From Bacteroidales bacterium (GTDB taxonomy: Bacteria; Bacteroidota; Bacteroidia; Bacteroidales; UBA7960), in assembly GCA_007134525.1 (NCBI GenBank), contig SLKR01000065.1, positions 1,408-65,407 of the forward strand: a stretch of DNA of 64,000 bases. Reading direction: 5' to 3'. The notes under the pieces were generated by a model. The model worked only from the letters and a program-made list of their open reading frames with translations, searched no databases and was not told the origin of the DNA. Numbering within the stretch: the stretch's first letter is position 1; each line of letters opens with the position of its first letter. Of this stretch, positions 47,863 through 56,674 are shown one piece after another. Both the position numbers and the translations under genes were made by a program.

Positions 47863-47870
47863 TAGTTTTG
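47863..47870 (+). promoter_or_regulatory. Candidate -7 promoter box (TAGTTTTG)
   Basis: TAnnTTTG match 50 nt upstream of the ATG at 47920. Confidence 0.4.
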
Positions 47871-47919
47871 TTTCGTATTAAACCATTACTAATATATTTT
47901 AACAACCAAAAACAGAATT

Positions 47920-48375
47920 ATGATTTCTTTTAAAAGTAACAGGATAGTGGCCACCCTTACAATGGCATTTATTTTTCTTCTTGCACTGCCTACAAAAGCA
48001 GATACTGATGACTTCAGTGACCAGGAGCTTCAGAGTTTTGCTGATGCTGTAGTTGAAGTTATGGCAATACAGCAGCAGGGGCAGGGAGAGATGATTGAGG
48101 TTATTGAGGAAAAAGAGATGACCGTAGAGCGGTTTAATGAGATCAATATGCAGGCACAGCAAGTTGAACTCGAAGAAATTGAATTGGAAGATGGAGAAAT
48201 GGAGGTATTCCTCGAGCTGCTCGCAAAGATTGAGGAGATACAGATAGGGCTGGAAGAAGTACTTATAGAATCAATCGAGGAAAATGGATTAACAATTGAG
48301 AAGTACGAAGAGATAATGACAGCTTACCAGCAGGACCCTGAGCTTCAGCAAAGGGTTCAGCAACTGCTTCAGTAA
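47920..48375 (+). CDS. Secreted acidic protein, DUF4168-like
   Basis: Signal peptide ending PTKADT. Two Glu-rich helical repeats (QELQSFADAVVEV...; LTIEKYEEIMTAYQQDPELQQRV). Confidence 0.5.
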   Translation: MISFKSNRIVATLTMAFIFLLALPTKADTDDFSDQELQSFADAVVEVMAIQQQGQGEMIEVIEEKEMTVERFNEINMQAQQVELEEIELEDGEMEVFLELLAKIEEIQIGLEEVLIESIEENGLTIEKYEEIMTAYQQDPELQQRVQQLLQ

Positions 48376-48400
48376 GAAGATCGATCTGTTACATTATGTA

Positions 48401-48437
48401 AAAAAGGCTGTCTGCCAGTGGCAAACAGCCTTTTTTT
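48401..48437. terminator. Bidirectional intrinsic terminator between convergent genes
   Basis: 16-bp stem AAAAAGGCTGTCTGCC / GGCAAACAGCCTTTTT with one mismatch and a 3-nt loop, flanked by an A5 tract and a T7 tract. Confidence 0.7.
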
Positions 48438-48458
48438 ATGGCCCTTTCCAATATCACC

Positions 48459-49646
48459 CTACGATATCAGAAACAGCGGCTTGTCTATGAAGGATTCGTA
48501 GACAGGCCTCAGACGTTTGGTATTATAATGTTTATCGATGTCGATGAGCTTCTTGGTACTGGTAATGATATCCACAGGTATATTGTCGTAGCGTCCGTTT
48601 TTCAGAATTACCAGGCGCCCGTGTATTCCCTTAAGTATAAGGTCAAGGGCGAGGTTACCGTATGCCATAGGCACTATACTGTCAATCGCATCGGGATCTC
48701 CCGAACGAACCAGGTATCCCAGATACTGGTTGATTGTCTCTACCCTCTTGCCGTCATTGTATTTCGGGCTGATCTCCTTGATGCGTGCCGATACTGCATC
48801 ACCGATACCACCAAGCTTCGCATGGCCGTACATATCCTTTTCAGTACTCTGGAACATCATGTCAACCCCCTCGAAGGTGGCGCCTTCAGATACCAGAACA
48901 ACTGAATAGTTGCTGGGGTTATTCTTCCTGTCTTCAACCAGCAGTTTGGTCAGATGCTCAATATCAAACTTATATTCAGGTATAACACAGCGATTGGCCG
49001 CACCTGCCATTGTGGGCAGCAGTGCTGTAAAACCGGCGTAACGCCCGAATACTTCCATCACCAGTACTCTCTCATGCGAACCTGCAGATGTCCTCAGCAG
49101 GTTTGCCATATGAATGGTACGTGTAACACAGGTGCTGAACCCGATACAGTAGTCGGTTCCGGGCACGTCATTATCCATGGTTTTCGGAATGGCAACTACC
49201 TTAACGCCTTCCTGGTACATCCTTACCCCATAACTGAGGGTGTCATCGCCACCAATTGGAATAAGGTAGTCAATACCCAAAAAATCAATATTCTTGAGTA
49301 TCTCAGGTGTAAGGTCATTTATCTCTGAGTTGTATTTATCCTTCAGATGCTCGGGGACATGCTTTGCCGGCACATGGCTCGGTCTTGTACGGGATGTGTG
49401 CAGGAATGTTCCTCCTGTGCGCCCTGCCTTGTTTACAATGTCTTCCGACAGTTCCCTGTAGTTCATGCTGTTGTCAGCCTTTTTGTCGCGTACCAGCTCC
49501 AAAAGTCCTGCCCATCCCCTGCGAATTCCTATTACCCTGTAATTTTCACGCAACGCACGAATAGTAATAGCCCTTATAGCAGGGTTCAGGCCGGGCACAT
49601 CACCGCCTCCGGTTAGAATCGCAATTGTTCCTTTGGTTTTTTTCAT
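48459..49646 (-). CDS. 6-phosphofructokinase with PPi-type specificity residues
   Basis: Motifs GGGDVPGLNP, IGGDDTLS (Asp where ATP-dependent enzymes have Gly) and PKTMDND (Lys where ATP-dependent enzymes have Gly). Confidence 0.85.
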   Translation of the reverse strand: MKKTKGTIAILTGGGDVPGLNPAIRAITIRALRENYRVIGIRRGWAGLLELVRDKKADNSMNYRELSEDIVNKAGRTGGTFLHTSRTRPSHVPAKHVPEHLKDKYNSEINDLTPEILKNIDFLGIDYLIPIGGDDTLSYGVRMYQEGVKVVAIPKTMDNDVPGTDYCIGFSTCVTRTIHMANLLRTSAGSHERVLVMEVFGRYAGFTALLPTMAGAANRCVIPEYKFDIEHLTKLLVEDRKNNPSNYSVVLVSEGATFEGVDMMFQSTEKDMYGHAKLGGIGDAVSARIKEISPKYNDGKRVETINQYLGYLVRSGDPDAIDSIVPMAYGNLALDLILKGIHGRLVILKNGRYDNIPVDIITSTKKLIDIDKHYNTKRLRPVYESFIDKPLFLIS

Positions 49647-49707
49647 ACTGCAGTATTGTTTTTCTTAGGTTTTATATATGTATTTGTCAGTCTGTCAAAA
49701 TCAGGTG

Positions 49708-49715
49708 CAAAGATA
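49708..49715 (-). promoter_or_regulatory. Candidate -7 promoter box (TATCTTTG) for the phosphofructokinase gene
   Basis: TAnnTTTG match on the minus strand, 62 nt upstream of the ATG at 49646. Confidence 0.4.
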
Positions 49716-49771
49716 TAAAAAAACAATGTATGTGCCCCCGCCGGGCTATTGCGGTTGAAACAAATTAATAT

Positions 49772-49779
49772 TAGGTTTG
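49772..49779 (+). promoter_or_regulatory. Candidate -7 promoter box (TAGGTTTG) for the alcohol dehydrogenase gene
   Basis: TAnnTTTG match 44 nt upstream of the ATG at 49823. Confidence 0.4.
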
Positions 49780-49822
49780 TGATATAAGTATACTGTAAAT
49801 AGCAAAAACATAAAGTATCATT

Positions 49823-50968
49823 ATGGAAAAATTCATTTTATATAATCCGGTAAAGCTGCACTTTGGCAAAGGAGTGACGCAAAAGCTTGGAAAGTACGCC
49901 CCGGATTACGGGAAGAAGGCCCTGTTAATATACGGCAAGGGATCAGTAAAAAAGAACGGATCATACGACCAGGTAATAAGAAGTCTTTCTGAAGCGGGAA
50001 TCGAAATAGTTGAATATGCGGGTATAAAACCCAACCCTGTTGTTGAGGATGCCGACAGGGCAGCTGACCTGGGCCGGAGCGAAGGGGTTGACATGATAGT
50101 GGCAGTAGGTGGTGGCAGTGTGATTGACAGTGCCAAATATATTTCTCTCGGAATACCGGCCGGACACAGCTGCTGGGATTTTGCCACAGGCAAGCGCAAG
50201 CCGGCAGCATCCCTTCCCCTGCTGGGAGTACTGACCATTGCTGCTACCGGTTCGGAAATGAATATGTTCGGGGTAATCCAGAGCGACAAAGAGAAAAGAA
50301 AGATAGGTTACGGTCATCCTCTGATGTTCCCAAAACACAGTTTTTTGGATCCATCCTTTACCATTAGCGTACCTGCGGACCATACCGCCTATGGTATAGT
50401 GGACCTGGTGGCCCACTCCCTTGAGGGCTGGTTTGGAGACGGGGAAGCGAGCCTTACAGACCGTTTCATTGTTTCCATACTGAAAGAGGCTGTTGAATAT
50501 GGCCCTGCATTGATCAGAAAACCTGCTGATTACAGGCTAAGGGCAAAGATCATGTTTGCCGCCACCATGGCCCTGAACGGCCTTACATCAACAGGCAAGA
50601 AGAGCGGCGACTGGGGTGTGCATGCTATAGGGCACTGCATGAGCGTTCTGTGGGACATCCCCCACGGTGCCACCCTGTCGATTGCTTTTCCTGCATGGAT
50701 GAAGCTCCAGAAAGAGAGGATACCTGAAAGAATAGACAGACTTGGGAGGGAAGTATTCGGGACCAGTGGCCCCGGTAAGGCCATAGAGGCATTTGAGAAC
50801 TTCTTCTCCTTTCTGGGAAGCCCGCTTAAAATATCAGAAACAGGAAAAGGGTCAGGTAACACATCACAAAAAGAGCTGGTGGAGGTAATGAAGATAAACA
50901 AGGCCGGCGGCTACGTCCATGAGCTGAATGAGGAAGACTACAGCTTTCTGGCAAAAGAGATGATATAA
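49823..50968 (+). CDS. Iron-containing (group III) alcohol dehydrogenase
   Basis: GGGSVIDSAK motif and His-rich metal site (HAIGHCMS); 381 aa, YqhD/BdhA-like. Confidence 0.9.
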   Translation: MEKFILYNPVKLHFGKGVTQKLGKYAPDYGKKALLIYGKGSVKKNGSYDQVIRSLSEAGIEIVEYAGIKPNPVVEDADRAADLGRSEGVDMIVAVGGGSVIDSAKYISLGIPAGHSCWDFATGKRKPAASLPLLGVLTIAATGSEMNMFGVIQSDKEKRKIGYGHPLMFPKHSFLDPSFTISVPADHTAYGIVDLVAHSLEGWFGDGEASLTDRFIVSILKEAVEYGPALIRKPADYRLRAKIMFAATMALNGLTSTGKKSGDWGVHAIGHCMSVLWDIPHGATLSIAFPAWMKLQKERIPERIDRLGREVFGTSGPGKAIEAFENFFSFLGSPLKISETGKGSGNTSQKELVEVMKINKAGGYVHELNEEDYSFLAKEMI

Positions 50969-50997
50969 ATAACAAAAGAAGGGAACAAAACCACCGG

Positions 50998-51005
50998 TAT
51001 CTTTG
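50998..51005 (+). promoter_or_regulatory. Candidate -7 promoter box (TATCTTTG) for msrA
   Basis: TAnnTTTG match only 14 nt upstream of the ATG at 51020, implying a very short leader. Confidence 0.4.
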
Positions 51006-51019
51006 TTTACAGATATATT

Positions 51020-51688
51020 ATGAAGTATCTGTCAATACATACTCTGTTTTATGCTGTATTCATCTTCCAGGCACTGGGCTTTGCAGGTGCTGATGAAGGT
51101 ACTGCGTGGTCAGAGCCGGTAAAAAACCTGAATGAAAATATGGATAATAACGAAAGCGGACTTGAAAGTATAACACTTGGTGGTGGCTGCTTCTGGTGCA
51201 TGGATGCGGTTTTTTCCAGGGTAAGGGGTGTAAGGTCAGCGACCCCCGGATATGCCGGCGGGCATTTGCAAAACCCCACCTATGAGCAGGTAAAGACCGG
51301 CAATACCGGACATGCCGAGGTTGTAAGGGTTGTCTATGACCCTGATGAGGTTAGCAGTATACAGCTGCTGGAAGTTTTCTTCAGGGTACACGACCCGACA
51401 ACACTAAACCGCCAGGGCGCAGATGTCGGAACTCAGTACAGGTCGGTTATCCTTGCTGAAAATGACCGGCAATACAATGAAGCCCTTGAAGTAAAGCAAA
51501 GGCTTGAAGCTGAAAAAATCTGGGATAATCCCGTAGTTACAGAGATTACACGGCTTGAGCTGTTTTACGAGGCAGAGGAATACCACCACGACTATTTTGA
51601 GAAAAACCCCTCCCAGGCTTACTGCCAGATGGTGATCCAGCCCAAGGTGGAAAAGTTCAAAAAGCTCTTCAGGGATCTGGCTGAGTGA
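51020..51688 (+). CDS. msrA: Peptide-methionine (S)-S-oxide reductase with an N-terminal signal peptide
   Basis: GGGCFWC catalytic motif preceded by a hydrophobic signal-like N-terminus and a 30-aa linker. Confidence 0.9.
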   Translation: MKYLSIHTLFYAVFIFQALGFAGADEGTAWSEPVKNLNENMDNNESGLESITLGGGCFWCMDAVFSRVRGVRSATPGYAGGHLQNPTYEQVKTGNTGHAEVVRVVYDPDEVSSIQLLEVFFRVHDPTTLNRQGADVGTQYRSVILAENDRQYNEALEVKQRLEAEKIWDNPVVTEITRLELFYEAEEYHHDYFEKNPSQAYCQMVIQPKVEKFKKLFRDLAE

Positions 51689-51690
51689 GA

Positions 51691-52110
51691 TCAGAACCCC
51701 TGACGCGGTGGCTGGTCCGGCCCCCGGCCTCCCGGGTGTCCTGATCTGGCGGGCAACTCAAGGACCCATGTTACCACAGATAATATGATGCTGAACAGCA
51801 CTGCCCATCCAAAGCTGTTCACTTCAAAGCCCCTGACAACATAGGCGGTGATCTGTATTATAAAAGCATTGATAACCAGCAGGAACAGTCCGAGGCTCAT
51901 TATGGTAACCGGTATGGTGAGTATTATCAGTATGGGTTTGAGCAGTGCATTGAGTACGGCAAGTACGAAAGCCACAACAAGTGCTGTCATAAAATCGGGT
52001 ACCACAACACCGCTCAGAAGGTATGAGGTTATGACAACTGCAAAAGTCGAAACAAGAACTTTCAGTAAGAAGCTCATAAGATTAAAGCGTTTTATTTCCC
52101 TGTTTTCCAT
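51691..52110 (-). CDS. Small 4-TM membrane protein (DUF360 / phage-holin-4_2-like family)
   Basis: Start taken at MENREIK (52110). Four hydrophobic helices and a Pro/Gly/Arg-rich C-terminal tail. Confidence 0.6.
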   Translation of the reverse strand: MENREIKRFNLMSFLLKVLVSTFAVVITSYLLSGVVVPDFMTALVVAFVLAVLNALLKPILIILTIPVTIMSLGLFLLVINAFIIQITAYVVRGFEVNSFGWAVLFSIILSVVTWVLELPARSGHPGGRGPDQPPRQGF

Positions 52111-52135
52111 AATCTGTAATATATAAATTATTTGG

Positions 52136-52143
52136 CAAAGATA
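52136..52143 (-). promoter_or_regulatory. Candidate -7 promoter box (TATCTTTG)
   Basis: TAnnTTTG match on the minus strand, 26 nt upstream of the ATG at 52110. Confidence 0.4.
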
Positions 52144-52153
52144 AAAAGTGCAG

Positions 52154-53443
52154 TTAATCACTGTTCAATGCGGCATCAAGATACTGCATAATGGTCGGTG
52201 TAGCCCCTTTTTTCCGTTTCACATAGTCACTGCACAGCTTTCCCCTTTTTTTGAGCTCTCCTTCATCATCAAGCAATTTGCCAACCGCTTCTGCCAGCTC
52301 CTTCCCATTGTCTATGCTTGCCGCGCCTCCTAGCCTTATCAGATCGCAGGCCTCTGCGAACTTACCGTATCTGGGCCCGAAGAAAACCGGCAGGCCAAAG
52401 CTTGCAGGCTCAAGTATGTTGTGTATCCCTTTGCCGAAACCACCCCCTATATATGCCATGTCGCCATAGCGGTAAATACCGGAGAGCAATCCTATACGGT
52501 CGATAATCAGTACCGAAGTATTTTCAGGCAGTTTTCCTCCCAATTCAGAATATCTCGCCACCAACTTGCTTCCGCCTACTGAAGTTGATCTAACGGCACC
52601 CTCCATAAGCGATTCAAGCCTGTCGATGTTGGAAGTATGGACCTCATGGGGGGCAATTATCATCTTTATACTTCCTGCAAATCTTCTGTAAAGACCTGCC
52701 AGCAGCTCTTCGTCGGCCGGCCAGGTGCTTCCGGCCACAAGCAGCCTCCCCTCCCCTGCCAGCTCTGCAGCTACCGGATCTTCCCCACTGTCAATGCTTA
52801 ATTCAAAAACCCGGTCAAATCGAGTATCACCGCTTATAACCACATTTTCAACACCAGCCCCCTTAAGGAGTTCCAGAGAGGCCTGATCCTGAACAAAAAA
52901 TACAACACCCTGCCGGAGCTTCCTTATAAACCATTTACCATAAAATTTAAAAAAATGCTGTTCTTTCCTGAAGATTGCCGATATTACATATACCGGAATC
53001 CTTCTCCGTGTCAGCTCGCCGAAAAAGTTAAACCAGTACTCATACTTTACAAAGACAGCAACTGAGGGGTTCCATATATTGATGAAGTCCCTGGCATTGG
53101 AAGGTGTATCAGCCGGGAGGTAGAATACATGATCGGCCAGTGGGTAGTTCTTGCGTATTTCATAACCGCTGGGAGAGAAAAAGGTGAGCAATACCCTCCA
53201 GCCGGGATGTTTTTTGCGAAATGCCTCAATTACAGGCCGGCCCTGTTCAAACTCCCCCAGTGAGGCACAATGGAACCAAATTACAGGACTTGCAGCAGCC
53301 TGGCTGGCAAGAAAGGCCCGTTCCATCCCAGTACGCCATCCCCTTCTCCCCTTTGACCAGTGCCTTGCCTTGTTTGAAAAGAGTGATGCAATGCGGATGC
53401 CGGCAGCATAGGCCCTTATAACCGTATTGTATATCAGGTGCAT
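52154..53443 (-). CDS. waaA: 3-deoxy-D-manno-octulosonic acid (Kdo) transferase
   Basis: WFHCASLGEFEQGRPVIE motif; 429 aa, GT30 layout. Confidence 0.9.
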   Translation of the reverse strand: MHLIYNTVIRAYAAGIRIASLFSNKARHWSKGRRGWRTGMERAFLASQAAASPVIWFHCASLGEFEQGRPVIEAFRKKHPGWRVLLTFFSPSGYEIRKNYPLADHVFYLPADTPSNARDFINIWNPSVAVFVKYEYWFNFFGELTRRRIPVYVISAIFRKEQHFFKFYGKWFIRKLRQGVVFFVQDQASLELLKGAGVENVVISGDTRFDRVFELSIDSGEDPVAAELAGEGRLLVAGSTWPADEELLAGLYRRFAGSIKMIIAPHEVHTSNIDRLESLMEGAVRSTSVGGSKLVARYSELGGKLPENTSVLIIDRIGLLSGIYRYGDMAYIGGGFGKGIHNILEPASFGLPVFFGPRYGKFAEACDLIRLGGAASIDNGKELAEAVGKLLDDEGELKKRGKLCSDYVKRKKGATPTIMQYLDAALNSD

Positions 53444-53468
53444 TTGAGTACTTCATTTGATATCATAG

Positions 53469-53476
53469 CAAAAGTA
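53469..53476 (-). promoter_or_regulatory. Candidate -7 promoter box (TACTTTTG) for waaA
   Basis: TAnnTTTG match on the minus strand, 26 nt upstream of the ATG at 53443. Confidence 0.4.
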
Positions 53477-53533
53477 CATCAATTTTCAGTGTCAAATAAA
53501 AAGAAGCCGTCCTGTCTGGGGAAAAATAATTTT

Positions 53534-53541
53534 TATCTTTG
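53534..53541 (+). promoter_or_regulatory. Candidate -7 promoter box (TATCTTTG) for the nucleotide-sugar operon
   Basis: TAnnTTTG match 47 nt upstream of the ATG at 53588. Confidence 0.45.
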
Positions 53542-53587
53542 TGATCGTCTGAATCATATAAAAAAAACCAAATTTGCTGAGAATATT

Positions 53588-54721
53588 ATGGAAAAAATCC
53601 AGATGGTGGATCTCAAACGGCAGTATGAAAAGATACAGCCAGAAATTGATGAGGCAGTTATTAGAGTTATCAGGTCAACCCAATATATAAATGGACCGGA
53701 AGTAAAGGAGTTTCAGAAAGAGCTTGAGGAGTACCTGGGGGTGAAGCATGTTATACCATGTGCCAACGGCACTGATGCACTTCAGGTAAGCATGATGGCC
53801 CTGGGCCTGGAACCTGGCGATGAAGTGATAACCACCTCCTTCACATTTGTGGCAACTGTTGAGGTAATAGCCCTGCTGGGGCTTACCCCGGTACTTGTGG
53901 ATGTTGATCCGGACACATTCAACATTGATCCAGAGGCATTCAAAAAGGCCATTGGCCCGAAAACAAAAGCCGTCGTACCGGTCCACCTTTTCGGGCAGTG
54001 CGCACATATGGAGCCGCTGCTTGATATTGCAAGGGAGAACGGTATTTTCGTAATCGAAGACAATGCACAGGCAATCGGGGCCGATTATCTGTTTTCTGAT
54101 GGCCGCAGTCAGAAGGCAGGCACCTTGGGGAAGCTGGGCTGCACATCCTTCTTCCCCGCAAAAAACCTCGGCTGCTATGGAGACGGCGGGGCGGTATTTA
54201 CCAATGACGATGAAACTGCTGCCAGGCTAAGGATGATAGTAAACCATGGAATGGAAAAAAGATATTATCACGACGAGGTTGGCGTGAACTCACGCCTTGA
54301 CTCTGTACAGGCTGCAATACTGAGGATAAAACTCCGCAGGCTGGATGAATATGCCGCCGCAAGGCAAAGGGCCGCTGATTATTATGACAAAGCCTTTGAA
54401 GGGGAGCCAAACCTGCAGACCCCTGAAAGGAGCAGCTTCTCAACTCATGTATTCCACCAGTACACTCTAAAGACCAGCAAGATCAACCGCTTTGAGCTTC
54501 AGGACTTTTTAATGTCGGAAGGTATACCCGCAATGGTTTACTATCCCGTTCCGATGCATATGCAGAAAGCTTACGATGATCCACGTTACAAAAAGGGAGA
54601 TTTCCCCGTAACGGAAGACCTCAGCAAAAGGGTAATATCCCTGCCGATGCACACCGAGCTTGACGATGAACAACTCAGGCACATAACAGAAAAAGTATTG
54701 TCATTTTTCAGGAAACAATAA
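53588..54721 (+). CDS. DegT/DnrJ/EryC1/StrS-family sugar aminotransferase (WbpE-like)
   Basis: The start at MEKIQMVDLKRQY matches the family N-terminus. Motifs GPEV..FE and CANGTDAL. The longer ORF-track start at 53438 overlaps waaA and the promoter region. Confidence 0.9.
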   Translation: MEKIQMVDLKRQYEKIQPEIDEAVIRVIRSTQYINGPEVKEFQKELEEYLGVKHVIPCANGTDALQVSMMALGLEPGDEVITTSFTFVATVEVIALLGLTPVLVDVDPDTFNIDPEAFKKAIGPKTKAVVPVHLFGQCAHMEPLLDIARENGIFVIEDNAQAIGADYLFSDGRSQKAGTLGKLGCTSFFPAKNLGCYGDGGAVFTNDDETAARLRMIVNHGMEKRYYHDEVGVNSRLDSVQAAILRIKLRRLDEYAAARQRAADYYDKAFEGEPNLQTPERSSFSTHVFHQYTLKTSKINRFELQDFLMSEGIPAMVYYPVPMHMQKAYDDPRYKKGDFPVTEDLSKRVISLPMHTELDDEQLRHITEKVLSFFRKQ

Positions 54722-55326
54722 TGAGCTCAGAAAATAACAGCAAAGACTATTTTGCCCACGAAACCGCCGTTATCGACCGTGGGTGCAGAATAGGTAAAGG
54801 AACCAGGATCTGGCACTTTTCACATATTATGCCGGATTGTGAAATAGGGGAGAACTGCAACTTCGGGCAGAATGTAGTGGTATCGCCCGGAGTGAGGCTG
54901 GGTAACAATGTAAAGGTGCAGAACAATGTGTCGATATATACAGGAGTAATCTGTGAAGACAATGTATTCCTGGGTCCTTCAATGGTGTTTACAAATATTG
55001 TGAACCCAAGGAGTGCGGTTGTAAGGCGCGATAAGTACGTTGAGACAATTGTCAGGCAGGGAGCCACAATAGGCGCCAATGCAACAATTGTCTGCGGTAT
55101 TGAGATCGGGGCCTTTGCATTTGTCGGAGCAGGGGCCGTTGTTGTAAACAGCGTACTCCCTTACGGACTGGTAGTTGGAAACCCCGCCAGACATATAGGC
55201 TGGATGAGTGAGTACGGCCACCGCCTTCATTTCAATGAACGGGGGCTTGCCGTCTGTCCTGAAAGCGGCGAAGAGTATATGCTTAAAAACAACAGGGTAA
55301 ATAAGCCCGGATCACATCACATATAA
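54721..55326 (+). CDS. Hexapeptide-repeat N-acetyltransferase (WbpD/WlbB-like)
   Basis: Left-handed beta-helix repeats and an IWHFSHI motif. TAATG overlap with the upstream gene. Confidence 0.8.
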   Translation: MSSENNSKDYFAHETAVIDRGCRIGKGTRIWHFSHIMPDCEIGENCNFGQNVVVSPGVRLGNNVKVQNNVSIYTGVICEDNVFLGPSMVFTNIVNPRSAVVRRDKYVETIVRQGATIGANATIVCGIEIGAFAFVGAGAVVVNSVLPYGLVVGNPARHIGWMSEYGHRLHFNERGLAVCPESGEEYMLKNNRVNKPGSHHI

Positions 55327-55346
55327 AAATACTAATACGGATATCA

Positions 55347-56663
55347 ATGAAAAATAACCTGGAGAGCATTTATGACAACCTGGTAAGCAAGGATGCGATC
55401 CTGTCTGTTGTGGGCCTCGGCTATGTGGGGCTGCCGATTGCACTGGAGTTTGCAAGAAGGCTCAGGGTGATAGGATTTGACATAAGGGAAGACAGGATAG
55501 AGATGATGAAGCAGCAAAAGGACCCCAGCAGGGAGCTGCCTCCTGATGATTTCAGGGGATGCGACATAATGTTCACAAGTGATCCGGAAGACCTTAGAAA
55601 AGCAAACTTCCACATAGTGGGGGTACCAACCCCCATCGACCAGCATAACCTGCCCGATTTGAAACCGCTTATGTCTGCAAGCAAAACAGTCGGTAAGGCT
55701 CTGAAAAAAGGCGACTACGTTGTTTTTGAATCAACTGTATACCCCGGATGCACAGAAGAGGACTGCATACCTATACTCGAACAGGAATCGGGCCTGAAGG
55801 CCGGAAAGGATTTCAAGGTGGGGTTTTCGCCCGAAAGAATAAACCCGGGCGACAGGGTAAACACCCTTACCTCTATTACAAAGGTGGTTGCTGGAAATGA
55901 TAATACCGCCCTTGACAATATTGCAAAAACATATGAAGTTATAATAGAGGCAGGTGTGCACCGCGCTCCCTCTATAAAAGTAGCAGAGGCGGCAAAGATA
56001 ATAGAGAACACCCAGAGGGATGTAAACATCGCCCTGATGAACGAGCTGTCGATAATATTCAACCGCATGGGTATAAATACATACGACGTGCTAAGGGCAG
56101 CCGGCACCAAATGGAATTTCCTGAGGTTCTACCCGGGGCTGGTCGGAGGGCATTGCATTGGAGTTGACCCCTACTATCTTGTATACAAGGCCAAGGAGTT
56201 CAGATACCATCCACAGGTAATAAACTCAGGCCGTTTCGTCAACGACTCCATGGGCTTCTATGCTGCAAAACAGCTGGTTAAAAAGCTTATTGCTGCTTCA
56301 AAGAACGTACTGCACACCAAAGTGCTGGTGATGGGAATGACATTCAAGGAGAATGTCAGCGACATACGCAACTCAAGGGTATCAGACCTTATAAGCGAAC
56401 TCAGATCATACGGGGTAAAGGTTGTGGTAGTTGATCCCTATGCCGATAATGCCGAGGTTGAAGAGGAGTATGGTTTCAGCCTATCAGAGGAGACCGGCAG
56501 CGGTTATGATGCCGTAGTGGTTGCGGTAAGCCATGAACCATACCTTAAGCTCACAGAAGACGATTTTACAGGAATGCTCAGGGATGGTGAAAAGGGAATA
56601 CTTGTGGATATTAAGGGGATTTACCGGAATAAGATAAACAGGCTCGATTACTGGAGCTTCTAA
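55347..56663 (+). CDS. UDP-N-acetyl-hexosamine 6-dehydrogenase-type nucleotide-sugar dehydrogenase (WbpA/WbpO/TviB-like)
   Basis: N-terminal Rossmann VVGLGYVGLP, catalytic GGHCIGVDP, C-terminal UDP-binding domain. Confidence 0.85.
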   Translation: MKNNLESIYDNLVSKDAILSVVGLGYVGLPIALEFARRLRVIGFDIREDRIEMMKQQKDPSRELPPDDFRGCDIMFTSDPEDLRKANFHIVGVPTPIDQHNLPDLKPLMSASKTVGKALKKGDYVVFESTVYPGCTEEDCIPILEQESGLKAGKDFKVGFSPERINPGDRVNTLTSITKVVAGNDNTALDNIAKTYEVIIEAGVHRAPSIKVAEAAKIIENTQRDVNIALMNELSIIFNRMGINTYDVLRAAGTKWNFLRFYPGLVGGHCIGVDPYYLVYKAKEFRYHPQVINSGRFVNDSMGFYAAKQLVKKLIAASKNVLHTKVLVMGMTFKENVSDIRNSRVSDLISELRSYGVKVVVVDPYADNAEVEEEYGFSLSEETGSGYDAVVVAVSHEPYLKLTEDDFTGMLRDGEKGILVDIKGIYRNKINRLDYWSF

Positions 56664-56674
56664 CATCATATATT

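Noticed and set aside
51691-52110. Phage-holin-family (DUF360) protein as a prophage remnant.
   Set aside because: There are no phage structural, lysis, integrase or repressor genes nearby. The gene is wedged between msrA and waaA, and the family is widespread as a chromosomal membrane protein.
53438-53587. 50-aa N-terminal extension of the DegT aminotransferase ORF.
   Set aside because: It overlaps the waaA start codon and contains both divergent promoter boxes. The family N-terminus aligns with MEKIQMVDLKRQY at 53588.
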